Part shown: piece after piece, positions 1 to 13,800 of the stretch
Layout: every line of letters begins with the position of its first letter
Numbering within the stretch: the stretch's first letter is position 1
NCBI GenBank assembly: GCA_964270895.1
Contig: OZ185439.1
DNA length: 64,000 nt
Direction: 5' to 3' (one strand)
Source of the DNA: Podarcis filfolensis
Taxonomy: Eukaryota
Made by a program: the position numbers and the translations under genes
Notes under the pieces: generated by a model
The model's database searches: none
Seen by the model: only the letters and a program-made list of their open reading frames with translations
Told to the model about the DNA's origin: nothing

Positions 1-1144
1 TTGTATATCATAGCCTGCCTTTTGGAACTATAAAATTGCTCAAACATAAGTTAAAAGAGCATTTCCCACAACTGACGCAGATTCTTAGTCATTTTCAACA
101 GAGGTTTTTTTTTTAAAAAACCGATTGTAGCCTTAAGTTTAAAATGGGATTAAAAAATAAGGGGAAATACAATCAGCAATCATATGGGGGTGCGTCCTAT
201 TGAACCCAGTGAAGTTACTGTACTTCTGAGTAGACTTGTGTAGGATTGCACTGTAAGGCATGCTTGGCATTCTTAGAAGTTACACAATATATGCAGTCAT
301 GCTTTAAGCATAAATACTTTCTTGATCTCTGGAGTTCCACCTAGTTCTTATCAATACATTTATTCTGTTTAGTGTCATATTTTAGATAAGCTGATTTTTC
401 AGACTCCATTACTGTTGACATGGGTTTAAATATTTAGATTGTCTCAGTGATTTATCCCAAGAGCTCTTAGCAAGTAAGATTTCCCAATAGATGGCAGCTG
501 GATTCATTTTAGTTGGTGATAATCATCACATGTAAATTGGTTTGTTGAGCTTTGGAGTTTCTGTAGATGAAATTAACAGGCCATGGTTATTTACATATGA
601 TTTGGGGAAGCAGCAGGTTTTTGGTGGGGGGGGGGGAGGAGCTACTTTGTACTTGGAGCTCCGCTTGCAATAGCTTTAAAATGTAGAAGCATGGCTGGAA
701 TTACATGAAAGTCTGCAGGCTCCCATGCTCCCAGTAGTTTATAGATGTAGAAAGTGATTTCCTTATCTGTGCTATGGATTATGATAGAAGTAAGGTTTGT
801 AAACAGTGCTGTCACTGTGTGTAGAGCTGCTGCTAGTTACAGTTTTTCCAGTGTTTGCAGATGTCATAGAGGGCAGGGAGAGGCTTGCACATATATTATC
901 TTGATAGTTACAGTATAGTATCATGCTGGTTCTTGTTTTAATTGAGTGAGATGGTCAAATTTTCATTGCACAAGTGTATAATTTCTGCAACAGTTTCTGG
1001 GTATACTGATTTATGGATGTGTTCATATTTTCTGTGTGCACTCCTTCAGTTTCATTTGATGATTCTTCTAGTGAGCTCATCCATGGCAACAGTTTCATTT
1101 TGACAGATATTAATTTTGTGAGGGAATAAATTCAATATGTGCGG

Positions 1145-1480
1145 TGGTATTTATTTGTTTTATTAAAACAGTAATATCTTGTCCACCAAGGGTGGCTTAC
1201 AGCATATATAACATTACAGTTCCATAAAACAATATCAAAAAGAAACAGGATCAGCTGTCAAAAATTCATATACATTATCATGTTTCAGTTCTAAGAAATA
1301 TGTCCAAGGACTGATACGGATAAACATTCTAGATTGGATCAAAATTAATAAAGGCTTTTGTAAAATACTGTCATGAGAAGACAATTTTGCAAGAAGAATT
1401 TGAAGTGATTTTGGAATACTGTAAACACTGTAATATGCTGTGTAAGCATTGGACACAGATTAAAGGTTCAAGGCAGCTCA
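1145..1480 (-). mobile_element. Old L2-type 3' tail remnant
   Basis: Begins tatttatttgttttattaaa...tccaccaagggtggcttacagc, the typical antisense L2 3' end. Degenerate. Confidence 0.4.
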
Positions 1481-1689
1481 TATATTATTTGCTGGTTTTG
1501 CCCAAGCTGTTTGTGGTAAAGTTGATCAGATAATTCTTTTCAGATGAAAGGCAATGGCAAATAGAGGTTTTCATTTATATTCACCTATATCTTTGATGGC
1601 TCACTGCTGTTCCTTTATGTATCTTTCTCCATCAAAACTTGCTCCCTGCTACTTTTATTTCCTTCTGTGTTGATTAATGTATGACAAGC

Positions 1690-2760
1690 CAAGCTTGTGC
1701 AAGTTCTTCCTCTTGTCACGGCCATACAACGCCTTTGTGCAGTATGAATTTTGGTGCAACCCCATCCAGGATAGCCAACTGACTAATTTTTCGGACACAG
1801 GAACCCCCCCACCCATAGTGTCTCTATCTTGCCAGGGTTCAAGCTGATCTTGTTCTTCCTCAATTCATCCAGGCATTGGTCCAGGGACTGCACAGCATCT
1901 CCTGGTTCAGATGTAATAGGGCTGAGTGTCATCAGAATACTGATGGGACCTTGCCCCAGATCTCCTGGGGTCTCATGTAGATATTAAATAGCATTGGAAA
2001 TAGTACCTTGTGGCAACCCATAACACAGCTGCCGGGGCTACAAAGCACTCTGCTTATCCAGCTCTCTGGACTTGGCCCTGGAGGTAGGATTGGAATCACT
2101 GTAACACAGTGCCCCCGATTCCTGTTCCCCAGAGCAGGTCCAGGGGGATACCATGGCCAGTGTCATCAAAAGCCGAGGACAGATCACGAGGCAAGGTCAA
2201 ACTTCCCTTGCTCTGCTCTTTGCAAAGGTTATCCATCAGGGAACCCATGGGCAGGCCTGAACCCAGATTGGAATGGTTCTAAATAACCTGTGCCATGCCC
2301 CACCACAATCCTCATCACCACCTTCTCCCCGAAAGGTGTGTTTTTCATTGGTAGTTCTAGTCTAAGAAATCTAGGAGTGCTGCACCACTGTTTTCTTTCA
2401 AGGCAGGGACCCTCACGCAATGCAGTGTTTTTCATGCTCTGGACCCAACCAGTCAGACCACCTCTGCTAGATTTAATGAGCCAGGAGGGACAGGGGTCAA
2501 GAGGGCATGTGATTGGATATATTGCCGCCAGCACCTTGCCCACATCAGCTGATTGCATAAGCTGAAACTGATTCCACTTGATTCTGGGACTGGGTACTTC
2601 AACCATTTAAACAGAATAAGGGACCAGAGAGGAAAAAGGAGAATAAAAGTTTGTCTGTATGAAGAAGTAGATTGTTGCCGACCTGGAGCCCTTGAGATGT
2701 TTTTGGTGGGGCTAATAGTCCAGAACATAGGGAGGGCATCAAGTTAGCAAAGGCTGACAT
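1690..2760 (-). mobile_element. Degenerate L2-clade LINE fragment (RT region)
   Basis: The - strand gives TCPLDPCPSWL, LEPFQSGFRPAHG and HQYSDDTQ (a YADD relic), with frameshifts and stops. Confidence 0.8.
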
Positions 2761-3312
2761 GGAGGAATAAATGACAAACCCTGTTCAGTGTGTCAGGACC
2801 CAAACACTTGTCTCTGTGTTAGAATTGCTGTGGCTGATAGCTATATTATTATTTCTGTTTTAAAATTCCATTTTGTTGATATGGTAAGTGTCTATGAGTT
2901 GATAACATTGTTTCATTTACCTGCACTGCCTAGAGCTCAGTTTCCATTAGACACGCCTAAAGTACTCAATCTGGCTTGAAGCAGAAGTATTTTCCAGCAT
3001 AACATTCTTTTCAGTGTAGTATCATTGCTATGTGTTTTTCCAATCATTATCTCATGAAGCAACTGTACTGATCTTAGGCAGTTCTGTGTTAATTGTGTAG
3101 ATCTGATGTGAGGGACTGGATCTGGGGTGGGGTGGGGGCACTTACGTGTCAGATCACTGTGAAGAGGGAGCGAATTTTAAGTACATTTCTGATTCTTTCC
3201 TTTCTTCCTTTGGTCTCCCAAGATGGAACTCAAGATGGGCTGTAAAGGAAGTTGCCTTTACTTATGTTAGTTAACAGTCACATTATTTTTGAAGGCAGTG
3301 CCAAACACGATA

Positions 3313-3539
3313 CAGTGGTACCTCGGGTTACATATGCTTCAGGTTACAGACTCCGCTAACCCAGAAATACTACCTCGGGTTAAGAACTTTGCTTCCAGAT
3401 GAGAACAAAAACCGTACTCTGGCTGCGTGGCAGCAGCAGGAGGCCCCCATTAGCTAAAGTAGTGCTTCAGGTTAAGAACAGTTTCAGGTTAAGAACGGAC
3501 CTCCGGAACGAATTAAGTACTTAACCTGAGGTACCACTG
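3313..3539. mobile_element. Tc1/mariner-type MITE
   Basis: TIRs CAGTGGTACCTCGGGTTA...TTAACCTGAGGTACCACTG flanked by a TA dinucleotide on both sides. No coding capacity. Confidence 0.9.
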
Positions 3540-6500
3540 TAATTGCTTTTATCATTATCATGGTGTTGTTGTTTTTTATAATGTGCTTTCCCCCTCAGAT
3601 TGGCATTATCTCTGAAGACAATGTGTCCATGGCCTTGTGAATATGTGTGTCCTTTCTGATGCTTGTGCAAATGACCAGTTGCCGTTTCCCAGCATACGTG
3701 TGTTCAGTGGGGTAGATGATATGCATGCAGCTTGCACACTTTCATAAATGGAACTGGCTTCTATGTGGGAAGTTTGTGCAGTCTGAGGCAGCTAAGTCCA
3801 TCTCCTTTCTAACCTCATGTGGATGTCAAGAGAGACCACAAGAGAAGGGCGTGGCAGAAAGAGAAATGGGGGATGCCCTGCCCACTTTTGGCTCTGGCCA
3901 CACCCACTGCTGTCCCTATCTCCACCAAACACCAGCATGCAACCCCTGACTACTTTGAGGGAATGCAGCGCTTGACAGAAAAAGGATTTCCCACTCCTGC
4001 TATAAAGGAGCAATGCCTTTTACGTGATGCAAGTAAATTTTGAAATATCTTCTGCATTTGTACTCTCATGACTTACGAAATATTGCTTGCTGCACAGCTG
4101 AGTTCATGCTTGCTGTCTAACTGTTGATGCTAAAATATACAGTATTATGTTTATGGAGATTTGCTCAGAGCTGGCAGTGTGCTTTATTAAAAGAGGATTG
4201 TGCAGGATGTTACTGCTAATAGGCAAGGTTGCTGACAGTTAGGGAGTACAGTTTCTCTTCCATATATTCCTAATCTATGGACTAGAAAGGATGGTTGGTA
4301 CCATCTGGAAGGATTAAATGAAATGACCTTTTTTGATAGTCCATGACCCTAATAACATTATTATCCACAGTGGCCATCAGTGTGAGTAGCTTCCACCAAC
4401 CCTGCCCTCCCTTAATTGTGTTTTCTAAAAAGACAATAATATACAATTTGTTTCATACATTAAGAGAGATCAAACTGACTGGAAAGATCAATAATTATTG
4501 AAATAATTGGTGGTGGTAGTGGTGGTGTGTGTTACTGAAAAGATACAGAATTCTGTAAATTATACTTAAGAGATATACCGGTATATCTTTCTCTCTCATT
4601 TGTCCTCATTTAGCATGCTGATACTGATCAGTGATCAATCATATCTCTATTGAGGTAACATTCTTGGTGTAAAACAATATTCCCTTCTTCCTCTATCAGC
4701 ACAGTTCCTTCCAAATGCATGTGTCTTTAAACTGAGTGGTTAATACCAACTAGGTACTATTTTCTTTCCTTTTTTGTGTTAGCCTGTGCTCCTATTGTCC
4801 ATGCTGGCAATCTGTAGCCTCCACTGAACCCTTCCCCCCTTAATTGTATGTATAAAAAAGGAGATGAAAACATGTAGTACTCAGATGTAAATGCAAGGTG
4901 ACGAAACTAGGCAAACTGCGATTAGGCACAGCTCAAAGTGATTTCAAAATTATTTTGCGATCTAGAAGTGAATGTTTGTCACTGGCTTCTGCAATTCAGT
5001 ATTTCTAAGACTGTTTAGGGTTTAGTAAAAATCCTGATCATGTGAAAAAATTGGTGTGTTTTTTCAATTTCTTTCAGAAATTATGATGGTTGTAAAACAC
5101 AGAATTTATTCATGCTGAACAAGCTTAGTTTGGGAGCAGTGGAAGAAACTCATGCTTTCATAAGCAAAGAATTTGTCACTGATGACATGTCATGAAGTTT
5201 CTTCTTTTGTTTACATGGCTATTTAAAGTTGGGCCAATCACTGAAATTGCTCCTCTTGAGAATGCAGCATTAATGTTAGTTGGACTTGTACCAGCTTGCT
5301 GTTTTAAACACAAGTCTGTTGTGCTATGCCCTTTGCAATGAATGCTTGTGGAGAAATTAAAAATAACTTTGAGACTGAAAGTACTTGAAGATACATTCAG
5401 GCGACTTAAAAACAAATTTATGCAATGAAAATCATCCTGATTTGGTGATGAGAGAGAGCTAAAGCCAATTTTAGAGAGCTTTTTCTCCAGATAACTTCTT
5501 TCATATTTAGACACAGGTTATCAGTGTTCTCTTTATTTCTGATGCAAGTCTTCACATGCTCGTGCAAAGGTAGACAGAAATGCACCACCCACAAGAATGA
5601 GGTGTCAGGAGGCTCAGGATAACAGGAGTATAAAAACTTCAGGGAAATACCCCATGGTGGTTTCTCCTCTGCCCCTACCCCCCCTCCCAATATGGCCACA
5701 CATTGCTGACTAACATAGACTGGGAAAAAAACAGAAAACGGAGTGGGAGGATGATGGAATGGGGCGACTGGAAAAGGAAGCCTGAGGAAGAGGCACATAG
5801 AGATAAAAAGGGAAGAGAGAACCGTCTCATTATCTTGATATATTCTAGTTAACATGATGAATCTGTTTTAAGTGTCCCTAGGGACCGAAGTGAGAATCAC
5901 TGATAGGGATCCATGAATCTGAGCATGCTCAGTGGGCACAGAAAGCTACCTTGATTGAGGGTAGGGGTGGGGTGGGGAGATGAAATGAGTGGCTGCAACC
6001 TTGGTCAGAAGTGTTCTGCATTGCAACATTTTGTTGCAGAGCCCTGCTGGTAGTAATATCAAAAGACATGTGCTTTTAGGAATGGTTCATGCATTTAAAC
6101 GAAAGCTTGAATTCTTGGTATATAGAATCTCCTTAGATGGTACACTCTTGGAGGATATATATTATGCAAGCATAATGATTCTGGAAAAAACTGGAGACCC
6201 CCGTTCATAAACTGAGTACTGTCTAAGGCATGTCATGTTGAAAATCTCTTCCCTCAAAGTTGTCTCAGTCATTATTGTTACATATTCTGTCTGTGGGGTT
6301 TGTCTGGCAATATAGCTCCAGCATTTATCTTAAAATATTTATATGCTTTCTGTCATGTAAAACATGCAAGTGGTGTACAATACAGTCAAGCACATGTATA
6401 CAATATACTAAAAACAGCAACACAACGCAAGCAGTAGTGAGTCTTAAAATTATAGTGGCTGGCATTATGAACCATCAGATGCTGATGCAAAAAAGAACAT

Positions 6501-7970
6501 TTTCAGCATGTGCCTATGGTTCAACAAAGTCAAGGCATACTTTATTTCAGGGGGAAGCTATTACATAGTAAGGCTGCCATCATAGAAGAGGTCCTCTTCT
6601 TGGCTTTTGCCAGCTGTTGCCAGATGCAGTTGGTTACACCAGGAGGGTCTCTGATGATGACCACAGTAGCTGGACTGGTCAGTATTGCAGAAGGCATTCA
6701 CATGAATAGCCCAGCCCAAAGTTGTTTAGGCTTTGTAGGTTAATACCTGGTCTGGTAGCAAATCAGCAGCCAGTGCAGTTCTATCATTCTGCATTATCTA
6801 CAGCTTCCAGAGCATACATCAAGGTGTCTAGGAATAGCCATTGCTGATGTACTAGCCAAAGCTGTTTAAAGAAACTCCTTGCTCCAGCTGTTGGGGTTCC
6901 AATAGCAGTAAATGGCTCTAAGATGGGTGGCTAACTACTGATGCTCATTCTCCCTTCCAAGAGCAGTGCTAGAAACTGGGATAGAAAAGCTATTCACCAC
7001 ATGTTTGCTGCCTATGTAAATTGTGTGGCCAATGTGTGTGCCTATAGAGGAAAGTTTTTGCAAGCAATCATTGATTCAGTTCCTCAATACTTTAGAGTTT
7101 ACTAAAGATTCCTTGGCATGATGGTTAAAATGACTCTTACACCCTGCATACAATGTACACTCTTGGTACATAGGTTAGTTTTAGGGTCTATCAAAGTTAC
7201 CACTTTTATTGCCTTTTTTTGTGTGTGCTATGAATGAAGCTCTTATGACCAAAAAGGCAATAAAAGTGATAACTTTGATATTGAATGCTTAAAGCTCCAG
7301 TGATGTAATGGTGGGCTGTGTGTGTTGGTGTTCGGGAGACTTGTGAAACTACATCGTAGCTTCTCCCAGTTATTAATAATTAAAGCAATACAAGAAGTTC
7401 ACTTTACAAACTAGGTTGATGTGCCTTGACACAGTGGGTGGCAAGGAAGCAGAAGCCAAAATGTATGGCATTGCATAAATTGGAGGGCAGCTACGTGTAT
7501 ACTGGAAGGTCTGCCACTACATGAACACTGGAAAAAGCGGTGAATCAAGTTTTGCAGGCTGCAAGATGAATTGGTATGAGGCAGCTGACAAGTCTAATGG
7601 CTCAAGTCCCTCAGTATATGACTCTTGCTGAAATAATAGATATCCACATGCCTCAAAACATTATTTTGGATGTCTGCTATTGTTTGTGTGAAAAATTATC
7701 TTTAAGTACGTAGCAATCTGCTGCACCCAACACTTTCCTTACTCCTGCATATTGCAGCTCAGGTTATCTTGAAGGAACCAGTAAAAGTTTTTAGAACACA
7801 TATTCTGGTGTTTTGGAGCCTGGTGAAATAAACAATATTCTCAGATATCATTTATGCTAAATAGTGGAGGTAAGGCTGTCTGGTTCTAGCATGAAGTCAG
7901 ACCTGCACTCCTGCCTACTTCTCTGTGGCATTGCTGCTTGCTCCTCTGCTTAGAAGTCATTTTGGCATTA

Positions 7971-7971
<1 letters not shown>

Positions 7972-8010
<39 letters not shown>
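7972..8010. repeat. (TG)n microsatellite
   Basis: Perfect TG run. Confidence 0.98.
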
Positions 8011-8012
<2 letters not shown>

Positions 8013-8330
8013 CTACCTATCTACCTACGTGTATTCATATGTGTCTATTTTGTGTGTGTATTAAATATAACACATCAGCTTCTGTATCCCTTCCTGTATC
8101 TTAATGTTGTACTGGAATGCAGTTGGGGATCGCCCTAGCTTTGTGTTGTATTTCCAATAATTTCAGGAGGGGAGGTACTGTTGTCTCCCATGGGCTGCTT
8201 TCCAGTACTGGTATTGCCAGCCACTGTTGGGGTTAATTATGGTTGTGTGTGATATTATCCCCAGGTGTAACTCTGTTTTCTCTCATAGGAATGAATAGGA
8301 TTTTTCCCCCCATTCCTATATGGAAAAGTA

Positions 8331-8584
8331 CAGTTATACCTCGAGTTGAATGTGCTTTGGGTTGAGCGCGTTCGAGTTGCGCTCCGCGGCAACCCAGAAG
8401 TAACGGAGCGTGTTACTTCTGGGTTTCGCCGCACGCGCATGCGCTCAAAATGACGTCACACACATGTGCGGAAGCGGCAAAACGTGACCCGCACACGCGC
8501 AGACGTGCCGTTGCATCTTGTGTTTCGTTTGGGATGAGAACAGCGTTCCGGAACGGATCCCATTCGCATCCTGAGGTACCACTG
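8331..8584. mobile_element. Tc1/mariner-type MITE, CpG-rich variant
   Basis: TA-CAGTTATACCTCGAGTTG...CATCCTGAGGTACCACTG-TA, with an internal hairpin acccagaagtaac/gttacttctgggt. Confidence 0.85.
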
Positions 8585-10135
8585 TAAAGGCATGCACACC
8601 ATTGAGGAGGGGGCTAAACTTGCTCTTGGCAATTCTAGTGCTTGGAGCAAGAAGCTGATTTTGCCCCCTCTAGAGTGAGTTTGTTAGGAATTGGCACGAT
8701 ACTTTACCTTATATGTGAAATAATGTACAGAAATATGGAAAGAATAGTTATCAGTTTTATGTTTGCAGTTGCGATTGAGTTCTGCCTTGGGTGAGTGTAC
8801 TTGATCTGAACAAATCTATTAGCATGAAGCCAAAAACAGAAACCGGAACCAAGAAGTTAAAAGCTCTTACTGCAAAGTAAGGGAAGCAAATTGTAATTGC
8901 AGCAGATGGTATTTTTCAACCCACGCTAGCAATACACTATTTCACTATCGGTTTTTCTTTTGCTTTATCACAATCGGTCTAAACAAGCGCTGTCTGCTTT
9001 TTCTCACATAAGTCTAAATTAAAGTTTATTCTTTAATTTAAAAAAAGTTAATAGTGAACACAATGTTTCAAGGTATATTTGGAGTACAGTAAGCCTCAAA
9101 TTCATAGCTTGGACAGTAAAAGTTTGTTTGAAGTGTAAATACTTGCAGATTCAAAGAGAAAAACCTTAACCAAGATATAATATTGCAGTTAAAAATTAAT
9201 TCTGCAAATGATTTTACATTATTAACCTTATTGCCTGGGCTCTTTTGCCTGATCTATAAGTCATGCACAGCAGAATTTCTCCTTATTCCATGTGTGTGCA
9301 CATGTGTGTTTTCACACGTGTGTTGGGAGATGTTTAAATGAGATGCTGGAAACTTTATGAAAACAATAGTCCATTAAAAAAACACGAATCAGCCAAATTT
9401 TCCATTTAAAAACATCAGGATCAGTTTCAGGTATTCTTATAATAAAATAATGTTATTACTTTCCCACATTTGTAATGATGTTTCATTTGGCTTCCAGTTG
9501 AGGCATGTTCCATCTTAGTTTTAGAACTGTTTGTTATCCTAATAAATCTGATTTACGCTGTCCTTTTATGTGATAAGATTATTTATTTAAAATGGCCAAC
9601 ATGTTTCCCAGAGGCCAAGATCCATCAAAGTCAGTTAGTCTAGATGATCCTAACTCGACAATTCTATGATCTCAGTCTAGAATATGTTCTTCTTTAGCAT
9701 GTAATTCCAGTGAAGGTGCTGGTGGAGGGGAGTTCTTAGTATGGGATAAACTATCAAGGGAATTCTGCTGTGGTTTTGTTTGAATGGAATTGCTCTGGTT
9801 GAATTGGAAGTTGTTCTTTTAACCAGCAAAAGCATTCCTATTAGCACAATGTTTATCTTCTAAAATTATAGTGGGAACAGAGGAGAGAGTGCAAAGGTCT
9901 CCATGGCGATAAGCATCTCTGTTCACTTGCTGACGTAGCTATGTCTGTGCTAAGCTAGTTGTTTTCTGAGTTCTTAATGGATAATTGAGCTTGGGAGACA
10001 TGGGTGCGGGTGCTGTGGACTGCATTTGCAAAATGTGGAATCAGGATTTTTGTGTGTGAGAGATGGGGTTGGGGGAATGTTAGAAAGAGAAACATGAATT
10101 GTGATAGGAACATAATATGCGAAGCAGAAAGAAGA

Positions 10136-10137
<2 letters not shown>

Positions 10138-10166
<29 letters not shown>

Positions 10167-10202
10167 GTGGTGGTGGTGGTTGTTGTTGTTGTTGTTGTTG
10201 TT
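10138..10202. repeat. Compound (GT)n(GGT)n(GTT)n microsatellite
   Basis: Directly visible. Confidence 0.98.
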
Positions 10203-10744
10203 TTGCAAGAGTTTGGCTTTAGAAGTTGTGAATGCTGCAGTTCCCACCTGGCATATGCTTCAGTTGTGATGTTTTTGCACAAGGAGAAAGTTTGTGTTGC
10301 ATAATCACGGTGAGGGGAGTCAGAAATTCTCAGTTCTAAGTTCAAATATGTTAGGAAAGCCATTATATTTGAGTTAGCCCCCTGTCAGTGGTATGGGGAT
10401 AATACTGAGCAGCAGTCCACACACTTTTGCAGGACTTAGAAGCCAGACATTATTTACAATCACTGCTAACACTTTCTTTCCCCCTACCCTCACACTGGGC
10501 CCTCATTTTAACTGGTTTTGGAGAAGGCCAGGAACAGCACAGGTCTTCCTCAGTGCTTCTAGCTTTCCTGGCATGTCTTATGCAAAGTGAGACATGAGAG
10601 CCTGCGTTTTCCCCAAGTTCTCTGCATGCATGCATGTGAGGGTAGGGGTGGGCTGTGCTGCCTCTTGCTCCCAGAATAAACTGAGAGGGTTGGATCCAGA
10701 CTAAGTTGAACTTAGTTCCAGTTGAAATGAACAGAGCAATTCTT

Positions 10745-10890
10745 ACTATTGTTATTTATTACATTTCTATACCACCGTTCCTCTGAAGATCACATGGTGG
10801 TTCACAGCATAAAAACACAATAAATACATACCATAATAACAAACAAAAGCAATAACCTCCCCCCACAGTCTAAAAGACCATAGATGGTTA
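10745..10890 (-). mobile_element. L2-type LINE 3' end remnant
   Basis: ttatttattacatttctataccacc...ggtggttcacagc followed by an A/C-rich tail, the antisense L2 tail pattern. Confidence 0.55.
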
Positions 10891-13800
10891 AACATGCCTC
10901 CTGTTGATTTCAATAGGAATTAAGTTCAAGTAATTTAGGATAGGCTGCATTCAATGCAGCATTAGGCAGATTGCTCCATCAGCACACATGTTTCTCCTGC
11001 CCAAACATTTTCTCCTTCTCTTCTCCCTTTTCTGCATCCCCTGGGGTTTTACCCAACCCTCTGGAGCAGATTTGGGGTATGTGCAGGGGCAGGAGAGGAG
11101 AATCCCATTGTGGCAAGTTATAATTCTTGAGCTAGCACAACTATTCAGTAGAATACTGCTCACTGTCTCCAACCCAGTGCTTTCTGCTAGGCTTTGAGGG
11201 CTCTGTTTCTGCCTCTTGATGCTGTGGATGGTGCAATGTGATAGCCAGAATTAAATGTAACATCACTACTGGTGATCATATTTGTGGTCCTCTTATACTG
11301 ACCTGTCTTACAGGTCTGCTGTGGGCATTATTGAAAACTTGTCTTAAGGCATTTTTGAATACTGAAAACTGCTGTCTAAATGTTGAATTACATTAAGGCT
11401 AGAACTTTGTTTAAGAGATTCTGCCTGTTGTTACAGGGTTACTTTGCACTCCCTCTGGAAATTCTTATTGCTGAGTGGAAAAGTTCAATGTATGCGGTTT
11501 TAACTTCCCTGGATTTGGAGCATCTGATGTAATAATCATGCTAGCAATGTTTAGCATTGAGGTATAATATGCATTTTGTGCTGGTCATGGACCAAAATAC
11601 ATTTCTGATTAGATATGAGTCTTATCTCATCTTTTCCCAGAAAATATGTTGAGATGACAGAAAAGCAGTATTTTTGCCAGTGTTTTTTAATCCCACCATG
11701 AAGATTTATAAATTCCAGATATACATATATGAGAGAGTGAAAAAAATTGAAAATACCTATTAATGACCAAATAGGTATATATGTGTGTTTAATACAAACG
11801 GCATTGATCTGTTTAACAATAAACTGCTTGTGGCTTTGTAATAGTCAATATGTGCTTCCCTTCCTTTTTAATTTGAAAATATGGAAATCTAAAGCACTTT
11901 TATTCATGACATATAAAAACAGATCGGTATTAAATCTTGGCTTAGTTTGTTTTCTGTGGGGAATTTTGGTAATTCACATGTATAAAGCACTTATACACTC
12001 TTGCAACTTAAATGTTCTAAAGACTATAGCATCTAACTAGCATATGGTGAGAGTCTGATTTCCAGCCCCCACCCCCCACAGTAGAAATGTCATTGAGCAC
12101 ATGTGTTTAAAAACGTGATACATCATTTAAACAGACTTTGTAGAATCTGTTTGGAAAATACCTCCCCGCTTCTCCCCTCTTGCATGGATAAGATCTTCTG
12201 AAGCTGCTCAGTTTTTCATGAGATGATTTATTTTAATATGTGCAACATTTTTTATGTCACCTTTTGAGGCTGAAGGTGACACACCTCAGCTCAAATAGCA
12301 GATCAAAATAGAATATAAAAATACACTTGGAGATAAAACAGCAGTTCAAGCAAAAATAATAATAATGTAGGCTCTGTTCACAAAGAAGGTAGCAGCACCA
12401 AAGGCCAAATGAAGAGGATGCACCCCTTATTTTCATGTTCTAAGCTGCCTTGAGCATGGTTTGAACTGTGGGAAGGCGGCGCACAAATGTATCTGAAACA
12501 GTTCCGTTACAATTTATATTGCACCTGAGGTCCTTTGACTTCAGAATGCTGTTACAGTGATTTTTTCTCCTTCAATATGTTACATTTCATTCTGAGCGAC
12601 GGTTCTTGACATTAGCAAGTATCACTGTTATGAAACTGGCCACACAAACACACACAGCATTTCTCTTCTCATATTCTACAGAGTTGGCAGCAGGGACAGT
12701 TGCTGTTAAGTCAGGGAGGCTGGAAGATCTCAGTTTGTGGACAGCCTCCATATTATTACCATAAGAGAACTATTCATGGGGGTGCATGAATGATGTTCCA
12801 TCTAGTTTGGCCTAAGGAAGAACTCTTTTCTACCTGTATTCTAGGATTTGCCTCTTCCTGTCTGGATCTGTGCTGTCTTGCATTGGAATACAGAGATGTT
12901 GAACACTTTTAACCTGTTAAAAGATATGTATTGTTGTCTTAGAAGTTTCCTTATGAACTGGTGGTTAAGAGTTCCTGGTTGTTGTTTTTTTGCTGACCAT
13001 GCCTTGTGGTGTAACACTGTGACCGTCTTTGTGGTCTTTGATGTGTCCTCTAGTAAAGTGATGTAATTAACTTTACGGAAGAGTTCCAGTACTCTTGTCA
13101 GTTGCAGCATAATTTATTTTTTTTAAGAAGTGACCCTGGGATTTTATAAACCATCGTAATTAGCAATTGGTGTAGCTGTTTATCATTATTGCTGTGCATC
13201 ATCTTTAGAAGTTTGCTTTTGCTATAAATATATTTTCATATTTAAATTGCATGCACATTTTTCTGCGAGAGCAAACATTCGTATTTATAGCCTATTTTAT
13301 CAGCAAAGTTGCCAAAGCGTAGACTCTGCCGTATGTAAGTCTATGCTTGCAAATTGCTGATAGCACCAGAAATGCAGCGCTCCTGGTATCACAGAAATTT
13401 CCAAAACATCTTTGTTGTTTTCTTCCTTGCCCACAGGTTTTGGTTTGGGTAAGCCTCCCTTCTAATATACTTGGTAATTGGGTTAGGGAACATTGCTCCA
13501 CTCTTAATCTACTATAGTGTGTTAGCTTGAGCATAATTAAAACAGGATTACAGCCCTTTTCATTCTTATGTTTACAGCTCTTCATCACAGATGTAGTCTG
13601 GGGTTGTTCACCATTTGTCTTTTCCTCACCCATGTTCACATCTCTAACATTTCCTCCCTTTCCTTGCAAGGGCAAGTGATCTGCAGCGTAGGCTGCTCTT
13701 CCATTGCAGAGCTGTTTCACTCTTCACATTGCAGTCATGTTTGCCCTGGCTGTGCTGCTGATTGTTGCAGTAAACACATACTGAAGAAGGAAGACATGTA

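Noticed and set aside
5176-5855. 112-aa and 145-aa - strand ORFs in intron 1
   Set aside because: No recognisable domain, no convincing splice sites or Kozak context, and lengths within chance expectation for six frames of 64 kb.
3599-11440. Strong + strand acceptors at ~3598, ~5077 and ~11313 as alternative SHOC2 5' UTR exons
   Set aside because: No matching strong donors; cannot be supported without RNA data.
12841-13110. 89-aa - strand ORF with protein-like composition
   Set aside because: No family motif recognised and no supporting splice signals.
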